From Nitrospirota bacterium (GTDB taxonomy: Bacteria; Nitrospirota; Nitrospiria; Nitrospirales; Nitrospiraceae), in NCBI GenBank assembly GCA_963703955.1, contig CAVPGK010000011.1, positions 251,017-315,016 on the forward strand: a stretch of 64,000 nt of DNA, in the 5' to 3' direction. The notes under the pieces are model-generated. The model searched no databases. It was not told where the DNA came from and saw nothing but the letters and a program-made list of their open reading frames with translations. The position numbers and the translations under genes were made by a program. This document shows, piece by piece, positions 1-12,594 of this stretch (the stretch's first letter is position 1; the number at the start of each line of letters is the position of its first letter).

Positions 1-3358
<3,358 letters not shown>

Positions 3359-3362
<4 letters not shown>

Positions 3363-4441
3363 GGGATTGGCGGCGTCGCCACCGCGTCAAGAATTTGAAT
3401 GGAGGTCCCGTCCTGGCCTTTGCTCGAATCCGTCAACACGCGTTCGCCGACGTTGAGGCCCGAGAGAATCTCCGCGCTGTTGCCCACGGTCCGGCCAACC
3501 CTGACCAGTCGCAGGCGGGCAACGCGGTCTTCTCCGACCACGAAGACGCCGGTCAACTCCCCCCGTTCGATCATAGCCGACCGCGGCAGGACGATGGTTT
3601 GACTGACGCCCTTGTCCAGCTGAAGCCGACCGAACATCCCACTCTTCAATCCTGCTGTTTGCGGGAGATCGACCTTGACCAGAAACGTGTGCGTCTGTGG
3701 ATCGCCCGCAGGAAGGATTTGGGACACAGTGCCCGGGAGAGACGTTTGACCCAGCGCGTCGATGAGGATCGGAATCTTGTCGCCGCGCGAAATCAACTTC
3801 AAATCACCCTCCGCAACAGTCGCCTCAAGCCTGAGGTGGTGGGGATCTTCAAGCTTCAAGAGCGGCCTCCCCGGAGACGCCAATTCACCGATTTCAACCT
3901 TTTTCTCTGTGATCACACCCGCGAAAGGCGCCGTGATCACGGTGTAACTCAACTGCGCCGCGGCCGCCTGTTTCTCGGCCTGCGCCACCCTGAAAGACCT
4001 GGTGGCGTCGTCCAATTCCTGTTCGGCAACCGATCCCCGCTCGAGCTTGAATAACTGTTGCATACGGTCCAGGTGCACACGCCTGTTTTCCACCTCAGCC
4101 TCCGCGCGGGCCAGATTCGCACGAAGGTCACGGCTATCGAGAACGATTAGCGTCTGCCCTTTTGAAACGATCGATCCTTCCCGAACACGGACCTCCTGGA
4201 TGGTGCCATGAATCTTGCTGGAGAGCGTGGCCTGCGAGACTGCCGCCACCTGCCCCGTCACTTCCACCCGTACCGGCATCGGAGTGATCAGGACCTCGAC
4301 CACCGCGGCTTGCACCACGGGTGGCGTAGGGCCGGAGATCGCGCGGGAGGGCGCCTCTTCCCCAGGCCCGCATCCGGTAACCGACAAGAAGGCGATGAGG
4401 CCACTCGGAAGAACCTTTCTCCACAATCGTGTCACACTCAT
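3359..4441 (-). CDS. Efflux RND transporter periplasmic adaptor (membrane fusion protein), lipoprotein
   Basis: Lipobox-like LSVTGC; biotinyl-like VREGSIVSKGQ; ITAPFAGVI; GLKSGMF. Directly upstream of the RND permease. Confidence 0.93.
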
Positions 4442-4582
4442 AATGCTCTTCGCTTCGTCATGCCAACTCTACCCTCTCCCAGTTGGGCTAGATGGGGCCG
4501 GTCTCTATTGCGCGCATATTTTCACCCCCCGCTCCAGGCGCGGCAAGACGCTTTCTCTCCAGAAGTGGGCACATTCTTATCG

Positions 4583-4661
4583 TGTGCGCTGCGCGAGGTG
4601 CGCGACGCGACGAATGAATAGGGAGCCTCACGTTTGCGTACGCCGGCGAGTCGGCAGTGTC
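4583..4661 (+). repeat. Dispersed intergenic repeat, copy 1
   Basis: gtgcgc..cgaggtgcgcga.gcgacgaat..ggagcctcacgtttgcg.acgcc..cgagtcgg..cagtgtc aligns with 26260-26343. Confidence 0.75.
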
Positions 4662-4695
4662 ATCGCTGAGGCTAGCCCCATTCAGCCCAACTTTC

Positions 4696-4884
4696 TTACT
4701 CCTGAACCCCCAGCTTTCTCAACAAGGCCATCATTGGGCACCACCTGGTGAACGCAGATTGGATCAAATTAGCCGCCACAAATGCCGCCAGGTAGTACCA
4801 GTATGGATGGAGGGTCGTGCCAAGAACGAGAGCCAACAGAACGAACCCCCCGGCGATCAGTCGTAACCATTCATGGAGTTTCAT
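4696..4884 (-). CDS. DUF2892 (YgaP-like) small membrane protein
   Basis: LRLIAGGFVL...FVAANLIQSAFTRWCPM signature; strong RBS AAGGAGG. Confidence 0.88.
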   Translation of the reverse strand: MKLHEWLRLIAGGFVLLALVLGTTLHPYWYYLAAFVAANLIQSAFTRWCPMMALLRKLGVQE

Positions 4885-4960
4885 TCGTACCTCCTTGCGA
4901 AAGAATCCGCTTGTATAGAGGCAGGTAAACAGTAAAAGATTCTCTTCCCCTCACTATCTG

Positions 4961-4976
4961 TGCGATCGGCATACCA
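4961..4976 (-). promoter_or_regulatory. Putative sigma-54 promoter for the DUF2892/RND cluster
   Basis: Minus strand TGGTAT-GCCGA-TCGCA (GG-N10-GC), ~75 bp upstream of the start. Confidence 0.5.
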
Positions 4977-5143
4977 GACGGAAAGAATGCGCCGGGAGAG
5001 TGGCAAAATGCGGCAATAACGGAAAGGCTTCTGGGGCACGATGCGTCAGTGTCCTTTAAAAGGATTGGTGGGTTGGATCACCACAGCTCGACGATGGATG
5101 AAAACGATCATTCGCGGGGTAGAAGAGATCGTGGCCGGTCCTT

Positions 5144-5617
5144 TCATTCCGCCAAGTAGGGTTTCAGCTCCAGGGAGAAGTCCCGCAAGGCCTGCCCGTC
5201 TTGCTCCCATGCCTCCATGAAGGCCGCGAACCTGGCCTTCTCATAGGTTCCGGGCATCCAGGCGCTCACGAACAGATTCCCATCCGGTGTCCAAAACACC
5301 CGTGCGACTCGGGCTCGAGTATTGACAGTATTGAGGACTGCATAGCGAGCTCCTTCCTCGCCGGAACTCCGCTTACCCGGAAATCCGGTCTGAAGCAAAA
5401 TTCCACCCTGCGCCTGGCTCAGAAGGAGATGAATTTTCGAACCATGCCGCGCTCGAATCCCCTGTTCGACCACGTCGCACGTGTAACCGAGAAATTCGAG
5501 GTGGGCGATGATGAGGTCGTTGTTCGTCTCGGCGCGAGCAGCGTCTAATAGGACAACCGTGAAGGTCAGAATAAGGATAACCGCGCACGCACCTAACGAC
5601 TTATGCCGGTGGGCCAT
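5144..5617 (-). CDS. Exported hypothetical protein (possibly YbjN-like fold)
   Basis: 157 aa ORF with signal peptide (…AARA/ET). Co-oriented downstream of the FecR-domain gene. Confidence 0.65.
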   Translation of the reverse strand: MAHRHKSLGACAVILILTFTVVLLDAARAETNNDLIIAHLEFLGYTCDVVEQGIRARHGSKIHLLLSQAQGGILLQTGFPGKRSSGEEGARYAVLNTVNTRARVARVFWTPDGNLFVSAWMPGTYEKARFAAFMEAWEQDGQALRDFSLELKPYLAE

Positions 5618-5684
5618 GTCAGCTTTCGTTGACTCAGTCTTGGCTTACTCTCGGACCCACGAGAGCCTCAACCGTTCACCGGAC

Positions 5685-8387
5685 CTACCGCCGGAGAGAC
5701 ACATTCAGTTGGGCTTGTGGAGACACCTGAAGCACGGCCGCGCCTGGCGCAATGTTCACCTGAGGAACAGAGGCACCGGGGCCCAATGCAAAGGGGGTAA
5801 ACCCAGCAGGAACCGTCACCGTTCCACCACCCGAAACCCGCAACGTCGGGAAGCCTGGAATGCTCGTGCACCCCGCTGCGCAAAAATTATTGTTGATGGT
5901 CAAGACATTGGCGCCGGGGCCGAACACGCCGAATGCCGTACTCGTCAGATTCAAGACCGAGTTGCCGGCCAGGTTGACCAGGACTCCGTTCACGGTCAAG
6001 GTGCTCCCATTCGTCAGCGAAAAGAGATGGCCTGTCACGGATGCGCTGGCTCCATTGGCGAGGTTGAAGAGATTGCCGTTGACAGTCAATCTGCTGGCGT
6101 CCAACCGGATCAGAGCGTCGCCGGGAACCAAATTCGCGCTCAGCAGTCCACGACTATTCCCCGGAGCCGCACCGCTGAGATCGGCAAAATGACCGGTGGT
6201 CGTCATCGTACTGTTCACGAGAACGAGGAGAGGCGCCGAAGCTTCCAGGAGCGCGCGGTCCACGGGGAGGACGCCGTTGAGCGCGCCCGTCGCCCGTATG
6301 ACGATGGCCGATGTCGCCTGGACGCCGGCGACGCTCGGGTTCGACAATGGTGGATTGCTGTTGATGATTTCAAGGAGAGGCGGGACGCCAGGATTTCCCC
6401 CGTTTTGGCCGAGTCGGCTCCCAGGGATCGTTTTCGGACCGGTGAGTTGGCTGTCTAACACGCTCAAAAGGCCAATCCTGGTCGCTGAGGAATCTGGACC
6501 GATTGTACTTCCGTCCAGCACCGCCAAGACCCGGTCCGATAATGCCACAAACGCAGGGCGTATGGTGGACGGAGAGTCTCTTTTCGCAACTACCGCAACA
6601 ATTGAGCCGTTGACGACCTCCGATTGCCCGGTTTCGATAAAGTATTGGCGAGTAGCGTTAGTCGGTGCTTGTAGCGCCGCGGGGAGCACCCGATCAAAAG
6701 AAGGATTTTCGGAAAAGGCTGCGATCAATGTGGTGTCGTTGAGAACGACGCCGCCCGCCAGTGTGACCGTTCTATTTTCAACTGTTCCTGCCACGTCGCT
6801 TCGAGCGCGCACCACGCTATCTATGAGACTCCGTTCATTGGATGATTTTGCATTCAGGGTTGGATTTTGGAATCCGATGAAATTGCCACCGGTATTGGTC
6901 TCAGTTATGGTGCGGACTACCAGTGAATTGTTAAACGTTTGCGGATCCGGGACACTTCCATTATCCCGAGAGAATTGGAGCAACGCCGACTGTGGCTGAC
7001 TACTGCTGCTGAAAATTTCCGCGTTGTCATTCACAATCTGACCCTGTCGGTTTTGGTTTTGTATGCCCCCAGGCCCAGGAATCTGCATCGGTAGACCGGT
7101 ATGAGGCCTTGGGTCCGCCGAGGTCGGTGCGGGAAGAAGAGGACTTGGAGTCACAAAAAGCGTCGACGATGGAGGTACTCCATTATGGGGCGCAAGATTG
7201 GATGCACCACCATCCACCATTACCAGTTCTGATTTCGCCTGAATGGTGTGTTTGTCGAACACAACCAGCCCGCCGCCTCCTGTCACGGAAAAAGGCTTCC
7301 CTTCTGCTCCTGTCCCCGTGAGGAATTGAATTGGAAAGGTATCGCTGTCATCGAAAATACCGGTGGCGGTTGTGGTCCTTGGCGTCAACGTCGCGCCACT
7401 GAAGAAAGAGCCCGTCCCGAACAGTGAGGCCGGCGTCACGTTTTGCTGGCTCAGAGTCTGCCCCGCGCCCGTGGTCGAGATAATGACCCCGTCCGTGGAA
7501 AGAAACGCGCTGGTGGCTGCATTCTCCTTAAGCGGATTCTTGATATCGGTCGGGCCGAGCAAGAGACGTTGCAAGGCCTCCGCTTGTGTACGCTGCTGGG
7601 CCACGAGGTTTTGCATTCCCGCGTCCGGAATACGGGCGTGTGGTTCCGCAGCCGGGAGGGCATACTTGTCTCCCGACGCCGACGGGATGGGAAAGGGCTT
7701 GCCGGCCTGCCCGGCCACTACCTGTACATTCTGCCCGGCTTCGACATTGACCACCGATGCGCCCGGCGCGGATGACCTCAGCTGAACCGTTCCCTCCATG
7801 ACTTGAATGGTTTCGACCTGGCCCGGCTGTCCGGGCCCTGTCGCCGCCGGAATCGGCGTGAAGACGACCGGCATCGCATGCGCCTCCCCGTCGCCCGGCT
7901 GTCGCAACGCCTGCCGTTTGCCGGCGATCATGTTGATTCGTATGAGTCCTCCGTGCGTGACCGTCGTCGCCGTCGGGGTGTGCACGGTCACTGTACCCTC
8001 AGCCCGTGCCACAGCCAGGCGGACTTCTCCCCTCGTCAACTGCAGCACCGTCTGGCCCGGCGACTCGTCCAGAAATTGGAGCGAGGAATTCTCATCCAGC
8101 GTGATTAAGGCGTGTCGGCCTACCAGCACCTCTAGAACACCTCCCGCACCGGTGGTCACTTGGTCGCCGGAGCTGACCCCATCGTGAAAGCGTAACGGCT
8201 GAGCCTCTCTGGTCGTGTCAGCAGGCGACAGCAAAACTTCTCCTCGCAAGCCTGATACAACCGCACGGCGCGGGCTATCCCCTTTCGCGGCACGCTGGCT
8301 TTCCGCCGCCCACAGGCTGGCCGGCCCCAACAGTTGTGTGATCGCCAACAGCATGATTCCGCCATATGATGGTCCGTACGCGTGCAT
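5685..8387 (-). CDS. Large exported FecR-domain protein with G/S/T/N-rich, beta-rich C-terminal region
   Basis: Signal peptide; FecR-like GDQVTTG...ITLDENSSLQF...LTRGEVR...VHTPTATTVTHGG...IQVMEGTVQL; 900 aa. Confidence 0.8.
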   Translation of the reverse strand: MHAYGPSYGGIMLLAITQLLGPASLWAAESQRAAKGDSPRRAVVSGLRGEVLLSPADTTREAQPLRFHDGVSSGDQVTTGAGGVLEVLVGRHALITLDENSSLQFLDESPGQTVLQLTRGEVRLAVARAEGTVTVHTPTATTVTHGGLIRINMIAGKRQALRQPGDGEAHAMPVVFTPIPAATGPGQPGQVETIQVMEGTVQLRSSAPGASVVNVEAGQNVQVVAGQAGKPFPIPSASGDKYALPAAEPHARIPDAGMQNLVAQQRTQAEALQRLLLGPTDIKNPLKENAATSAFLSTDGVIISTTGAGQTLSQQNVTPASLFGTGSFFSGATLTPRTTTATGIFDDSDTFPIQFLTGTGAEGKPFSVTGGGGLVVFDKHTIQAKSELVMVDGGASNLAPHNGVPPSSTLFVTPSPLLPAPTSADPRPHTGLPMQIPGPGGIQNQNRQGQIVNDNAEIFSSSSQPQSALLQFSRDNGSVPDPQTFNNSLVVRTITETNTGGNFIGFQNPTLNAKSSNERSLIDSVVRARSDVAGTVENRTVTLAGGVVLNDTTLIAAFSENPSFDRVLPAALQAPTNATRQYFIETGQSEVVNGSIVAVVAKRDSPSTIRPAFVALSDRVLAVLDGSTIGPDSSATRIGLLSVLDSQLTGPKTIPGSRLGQNGGNPGVPPLLEIINSNPPLSNPSVAGVQATSAIVIRATGALNGVLPVDRALLEASAPLLVLVNSTMTTTGHFADLSGAAPGNSRGLLSANLVPGDALIRLDASRLTVNGNLFNLANGASASVTGHLFSLTNGSTLTVNGVLVNLAGNSVLNLTSTAFGVFGPGANVLTINNNFCAAGCTSIPGFPTLRVSGGGTVTVPAGFTPFALGPGASVPQVNIAPGAAVLQVSPQAQLNVSLRR

Positions 8388-8570
8388 CAGCTACCTCGAC
8401 GGGAAGTTAAGGGTGAAAGGCCCTCGAATCGCCTGCATCGTCTTTGGGCTCCAGACAAATCGTCTTGACACCCAGCAGCCCTGAAGGTACATAGTCGCAA
8501 CCCTTGACATGCAATGGCGAGAAGACTGTTCATGGAACCGATGCCTGATCCGGTCAGGTGACGTGACCGA

Positions 8571-10241
8571 ATGTCCGCGAATGGAGGAAGGTTGTCACAA
8601 ACAATATTTGACCGTCAAGTGCTCCTCTGCAAAAGATCACCCCTCGTTGCGATGTTTGTCATCATCCTCGTCATCGCCGTCCTGTCGCTCACGAACTCCG
8701 GGCTGGCCGCACAACGGGCCGAAGCCGACGTCTTGGTAGCCCGTGGGGTTCTCGCCTACGACGACCAACGGTATGATGAAGCGCTGGAACTCTTTAGGCG
8801 AGCGCTCAACCTCGACTCGGAGAATGCTCGCGCCTTGTACTACATCGGGCTGACCCATTCAGCCTTAAAGAAGCCCGAACAGGCGATTGCCCCACTGGAA
8901 AAGGCGAACAAACTTCGTCCCAAAGATGTCGATATCCAATATCAGTTAGGGGTGGCGTATTTCACCGCCGGAAACTACGACCTGGCCACCCCTTTGCTCG
9001 AAGACGTCTATCGGGAGCAACCCGACCGAGAGAATCTTGGGTACTACGTCGGGCTCGGACGGTACCGACAAAAAGAGTACAAGAAGGCCGCGGACGCTTT
9101 TGAAACGGCCAACATCAGTGATCCCGATCTTCGTAATCTCGGGAAGTTCTACAGAGGGCTTTCGCTGGGGGTGCTCGGGCTTTCGAAAGAGGCCGCAGCC
9201 GAACTGACAGACATCCAAAGTGCCCAGACCGTGGACCCATTCGGCCAGGCTGCCGCTCGGATCGGTCAACGACTCGGCACCGCGCGGCCAGCGGAAGAGG
9301 AAAAGCGTTTTCGAGCACAGGTTACCTTGGGCGCATACTACGACGACAACGTGGCCATCAATCCCAATCCGAGCTCTAACCAGGTCGCCGAGGAGCTCGC
9401 GTCTCGCACCACAGCCTCCCCCGGCCTGATGGCCTCCATTCTGGCCGACTACTCCTTCTATCGACGAGGGCCATATGAAGGGACCGTCTCGTATTCCTTC
9501 TATCAGACCCTCAACCTCAATGACGGACTCGCTCGATTCAATATCTGGGACAACCAATTCAGTTTGAACGGCTTTTACCGCGGGACCGTGATGAATCTTC
9601 CCTATCAGCTGGCTCCCCAATTTACCTATGACTACTTGTTCCTGAACCTGGACGGATTCTTATCCCGCGTCTCTCCGTCATTTTCTGCGACTCTCGCTGA
9701 ACCGAGCTTTACCCTACCGTATGTCGGCAAGGTGGGTAACATGACGACGGCTGTGTTGAGGTATCAGCACAAGGAGTTTTTCCGGGAGCCCGACGTTCGG
9801 TTCCCATCGGAAGCGCGCGATGCGGACAACACGATGTTTGGATTCCTGCACTTGTTTCGATTCGACAACGATCGCTACTTGTTCAGGCTTGGGTATCAAT
9901 ACGATATCGAAGCTGCGGAAGGCAGTTCCTTTTCCTACAACGGGAACCGATTACAGACCGGCCTGCAGGTAGCCCTTCCGTGGTACCAGCTCAGCGTCCG
10001 GTACGATTTCGATGTCCATTTCAGGGACTATACGAATATCCAGACATTGTTCGTCGATGATGAGGGCGTTCTCTCCAAGCGCAGCGATATTGAGCAGAAC
10101 AATTTGCTGCAGATCATTAAACCGATAGCTCATAATCTGACGCTGACGGCTCAATATCAGCGGCTCCGCAATATTTCGAACATTCCCGTCTACGATTTCA
10201 CGAAGAACGTGGTCATGTTTATGGTGACCTGGACCTATTGA
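8571..10241 (+). CDS. TPR-repeat protein with predicted C-terminal outer-membrane beta-barrel
   Basis: Signal peptide (start possibly 8652), several TPRs, then amphipathic strands (LGAYYDDNV…) ending in aromatic …VTWTY. Confidence 0.8.
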   Translation: MSANGGRLSQTIFDRQVLLCKRSPLVAMFVIILVIAVLSLTNSGLAAQRAEADVLVARGVLAYDDQRYDEALELFRRALNLDSENARALYYIGLTHSALKKPEQAIAPLEKANKLRPKDVDIQYQLGVAYFTAGNYDLATPLLEDVYREQPDRENLGYYVGLGRYRQKEYKKAADAFETANISDPDLRNLGKFYRGLSLGVLGLSKEAAAELTDIQSAQTVDPFGQAAARIGQRLGTARPAEEEKRFRAQVTLGAYYDDNVAINPNPSSNQVAEELASRTTASPGLMASILADYSFYRRGPYEGTVSYSFYQTLNLNDGLARFNIWDNQFSLNGFYRGTVMNLPYQLAPQFTYDYLFLNLDGFLSRVSPSFSATLAEPSFTLPYVGKVGNMTTAVLRYQHKEFFREPDVRFPSEARDADNTMFGFLHLFRFDNDRYLFRLGYQYDIEAAEGSSFSYNGNRLQTGLQVALPWYQLSVRYDFDVHFRDYTNIQTLFVDDEGVLSKRSDIEQNNLLQIIKPIAHNLTLTAQYQRLRNISNIPVYDFTKNVVMFMVTWTY

Positions 10242-10305
10242 CCGTCGGCGGCCCGGTCTCGTCATCGGGGGTGCAAAGATCAAGGGCGGATGGCTGAGAT
10301 GGCTC

Positions 10306-10830
10306 GTGCTCCTCCCGCTTGCGGTGGGATGCGCGCCGACCTTCCATTGGGTACATGACACTCCCGCCAACCCCTCTTGCGTGCCTGATCGTCTTCTTTC
10401 GTGGGACGATTATCAACAACGATCGGCTCAGGGCAAACGCGGCGCCGAAACCGCAGTTCGTTTTCACCTCGACCAAAGCCAGCCCCCTCGGATTCATGCA
10501 AGATTCGACCCTGATCTTTCATGGGTGAGACCCGAGGTAGTGAACGCCCCGGACACGCGACGATCCGAGCGGCTTCTGCGCCATGAGCAGGTCCACTTCG
10601 CGATCAGTTGCTTGCTCACGCGCGAAGCGAATCTTGCCCTTCAGACGGGAGGCGATCCGCACGCCATGTTGTCGCTGCTGAACGCGGTCGCCACACGGAT
10701 CAACGTGCAATACGACGTGGAAACCAATCATGGCCTCAACGCCGAGCAACAGGAGCTGTGGGAAGAAACGATTGAGGGCCGGTTAGCCGCCGGGCCTTTG
10801 ACAAAATCTGCAGGCGCGCAGCGTCATTAG
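10306..10830 (+). CDS. DUF922-like putative Zn metallopeptidase lipoprotein
   Basis: LAVGC lipobox; LSWDDY; LLRHEQVHF (HExxH); YDVETNHG. Start uncertain. Confidence 0.7.
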   Translation: MLLPLAVGCAPTFHWVHDTPANPSCVPDRLLSWDDYQQRSAQGKRGAETAVRFHLDQSQPPRIHARFDPDLSWVRPEVVNAPDTRRSERLLRHEQVHFAISCLLTREANLALQTGGDPHAMLSLLNAVATRINVQYDVETNHGLNAEQQELWEETIEGRLAAGPLTKSAGAQRH

Positions 10831-11042
10831 GTACGGATCGGCCGTTCATGATGCGAGGTCGTCACGGAGGAGTGTAGTCAGGTCTGGAGAGTCTGCGTTC
10901 AGATTTCGACGATGAGGCTGGCTGGCACGGCCCATTGCCTTGCCTAAATCCTGCGAAACGTCGGGGCTCTCAGCGTACAGACACCGGGATTGAACTGTGC
11001 TTCCACATTCCCCCTTCGGCTGCCATGCGATGCCATACGTTG

Positions 11043-11456
11043 TCAGGAACGGCTGGCCACCTTGTCTTCAGCAGGGCAGTCTCCCGTTTGCAGCACATAG
11101 AACTTCCCGGCAATGCCCAGTGCCTTCCCAACGCTTCGCGAGACGCTGTTGCTTTGACAATAGTCGAACTCGGTCGAGTACACGGACAAGATGACGTAGT
11201 TGTCGCGTTTGGTGCGCTTCATCAATACGGTCAACAGACCGGACGAGTCCGGGCTGGATTCCGGGGAAGAGCCCATTGGGAGGGATTGTAGGATAGACGC
11301 CAAGAGCGCGTCAGATGAACTCTGGCGTTGTTGAGCGGCAGGGACCAAGATCTGTTCTCGATATTCCGATAGGGCGGGATTCGTGACACCTAGGACCGAT
11401 ACGAGACTCACGAGGAGCGCGGCTGTGGCCCCCCATATGACGGTTCGCTTCTTCAT
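11043..11456 (-). CDS. Hypothetical membrane-anchored protein (DUF4359-like)
   Basis: N-terminal TM then TNP..EY; TKRDNYVILSVYST; ALGIAGKF. Strong RBS. Confidence 0.65.
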   Translation of the reverse strand: MKKRTVIWGATAALLVSLVSVLGVTNPALSEYREQILVPAAQQRQSSSDALLASILQSLPMGSSPESSPDSSGLLTVLMKRTKRDNYVILSVYSTEFDYCQSNSVSRSVGKALGIAGKFYVLQTGDCPAEDKVASRS

Positions 11457-11497
11457 GGCATCCTCCTGTCCTCTGTGGCTCAGTCAGGTCGGCATGC

Positions 11498-11513
11498 CGC
11501 AACTCCTATGCCC
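11498..11513 (-). promoter_or_regulatory. Putative sigma-54 promoter
   Basis: Minus strand GGGCAT-AGGAG-TTGCG (GG-N10-GC), ~45 bp upstream of 11456. Confidence 0.55.
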
Positions 11514-11608
11514 GGTAACCCAACTTCCTTGATCAGAAAAAACCCTTATCCCACCGCTGATTAGATCAGAGTTCTCCGGGAATGGAAAAGAGACGGCAGG
11601 ATCGGTCT

Positions 11609-11624
11609 TGTTCAGAATTGAACA
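11609..11624. promoter_or_regulatory. Palindromic putative enhancer (TGT-N10-ACA type)
   Basis: Perfect TGTTCA-GAAT-TGAACA, ~100 bp upstream of the sigma-54-like site. Confidence 0.45.
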
Positions 11625-11721
11625 CCCCAGACAAAGATCACCTGTCAGGATGAACGGGAATCAAGGCTGAGTGAGATCGCGGCGTCTCCCTCAGATATAA
11701 CGATAGTAGAATCCAACGCAA

Positions 11722-12582
11722 TTATCCCCCCATCCGCTGTTCCAAACGTTTCAGTGCCTTCATCATCACAGGATCACCGAGTCCCACTTCACTCAGCGCA
11801 TCCATGATGTGGAGCCCTTTGGCAGCGACCATCTCTTTGGCTCTGTCGTACTGCTGGCGATTGAATCGTGCGACCGCCGGCTGCCCGTTGACGATTTGGC
11901 AGGCCAGGATCTCTCCGTCCGCTTCCAAGGTGCCTCCCTGCTCGATGAGTTCTTTGGCCTGCGCGATCGTGATCCGATGCAAGGCGGCAAATTCGCCGAC
12001 GCCTCCGGTTTCGGCCAGTCGCCCATCGGGCATAATGCAGAGTCGTTTAAAATGGGGAGACCAATCCTTACGGAAATCGATGTACTTGATGTCGCCGCCC
12101 CTTGCGATTGCGCGATCCAACTTCGAGTAATCGAGCCCCAAGTTCTTCTCCTTCAGGCGGGTCTGTAACTCAGGCGGGAGGGTGCGATAGAAGACGCGGG
12201 ACGCCGACTCTTCAAGAGGAAGCCGATAGGAACTGGCGATTTGCTCCGCCTCGGCATATTGCTGGATATCCAGCACCCATGTCTGTTTTGGCGTGAGGCC
12301 GGATGGATCCACGACGCAGGCAAACAGGCCCTGGGTGACGAGCAGTCTCGTTTGGGGATAGGCGTAGATTCCTCCATCGCTGAGTAAATGAGTCATCGTG
12401 TCGAGAGGAATCTCGTAACTTTCCGACAGCACGTGCGCATGCGCCGCCAGATCTTCTTTCTCAGTCATGGCGCACAGCGTGACGTTCCCAGGCGGATCAA
12501 ATTCGGAATAGTCTTCGATGAGGTTATACAAGACAGGCCGTTTTTCAGGCGCTGCTATCTTCTTCCTTTTAATTGTATACAT
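11722..12582 (-). CDS. Hypothetical protein
   Basis: 286 aa ORF with typical protein composition, 12 bp downstream of the SagB-family gene. Confidence 0.75.
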   Translation of the reverse strand: MYTIKRKKIAAPEKRPVLYNLIEDYSEFDPPGNVTLCAMTEKEDLAAHAHVLSESYEIPLDTMTHLLSDGGIYAYPQTRLLVTQGLFACVVDPSGLTPKQTWVLDIQQYAEAEQIASSYRLPLEESASRVFYRTLPPELQTRLKEKNLGLDYSKLDRAIARGGDIKYIDFRKDWSPHFKRLCIMPDGRLAETGGVGEFAALHRITIAQAKELIEQGGTLEADGEILACQIVNGQPAVARFNRQQYDRAKEMVAAKGLHIMDALSEVGLGDPVMMKALKRLEQRMGG

Positions 12583-12594
12583 GGATAAGAATGC

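Noticed and set aside
10923..10938. TGGCAC-N6-TTGC sigma-54-like box
   Set aside because: Spacing is one base too long and no gene follows in that orientation.
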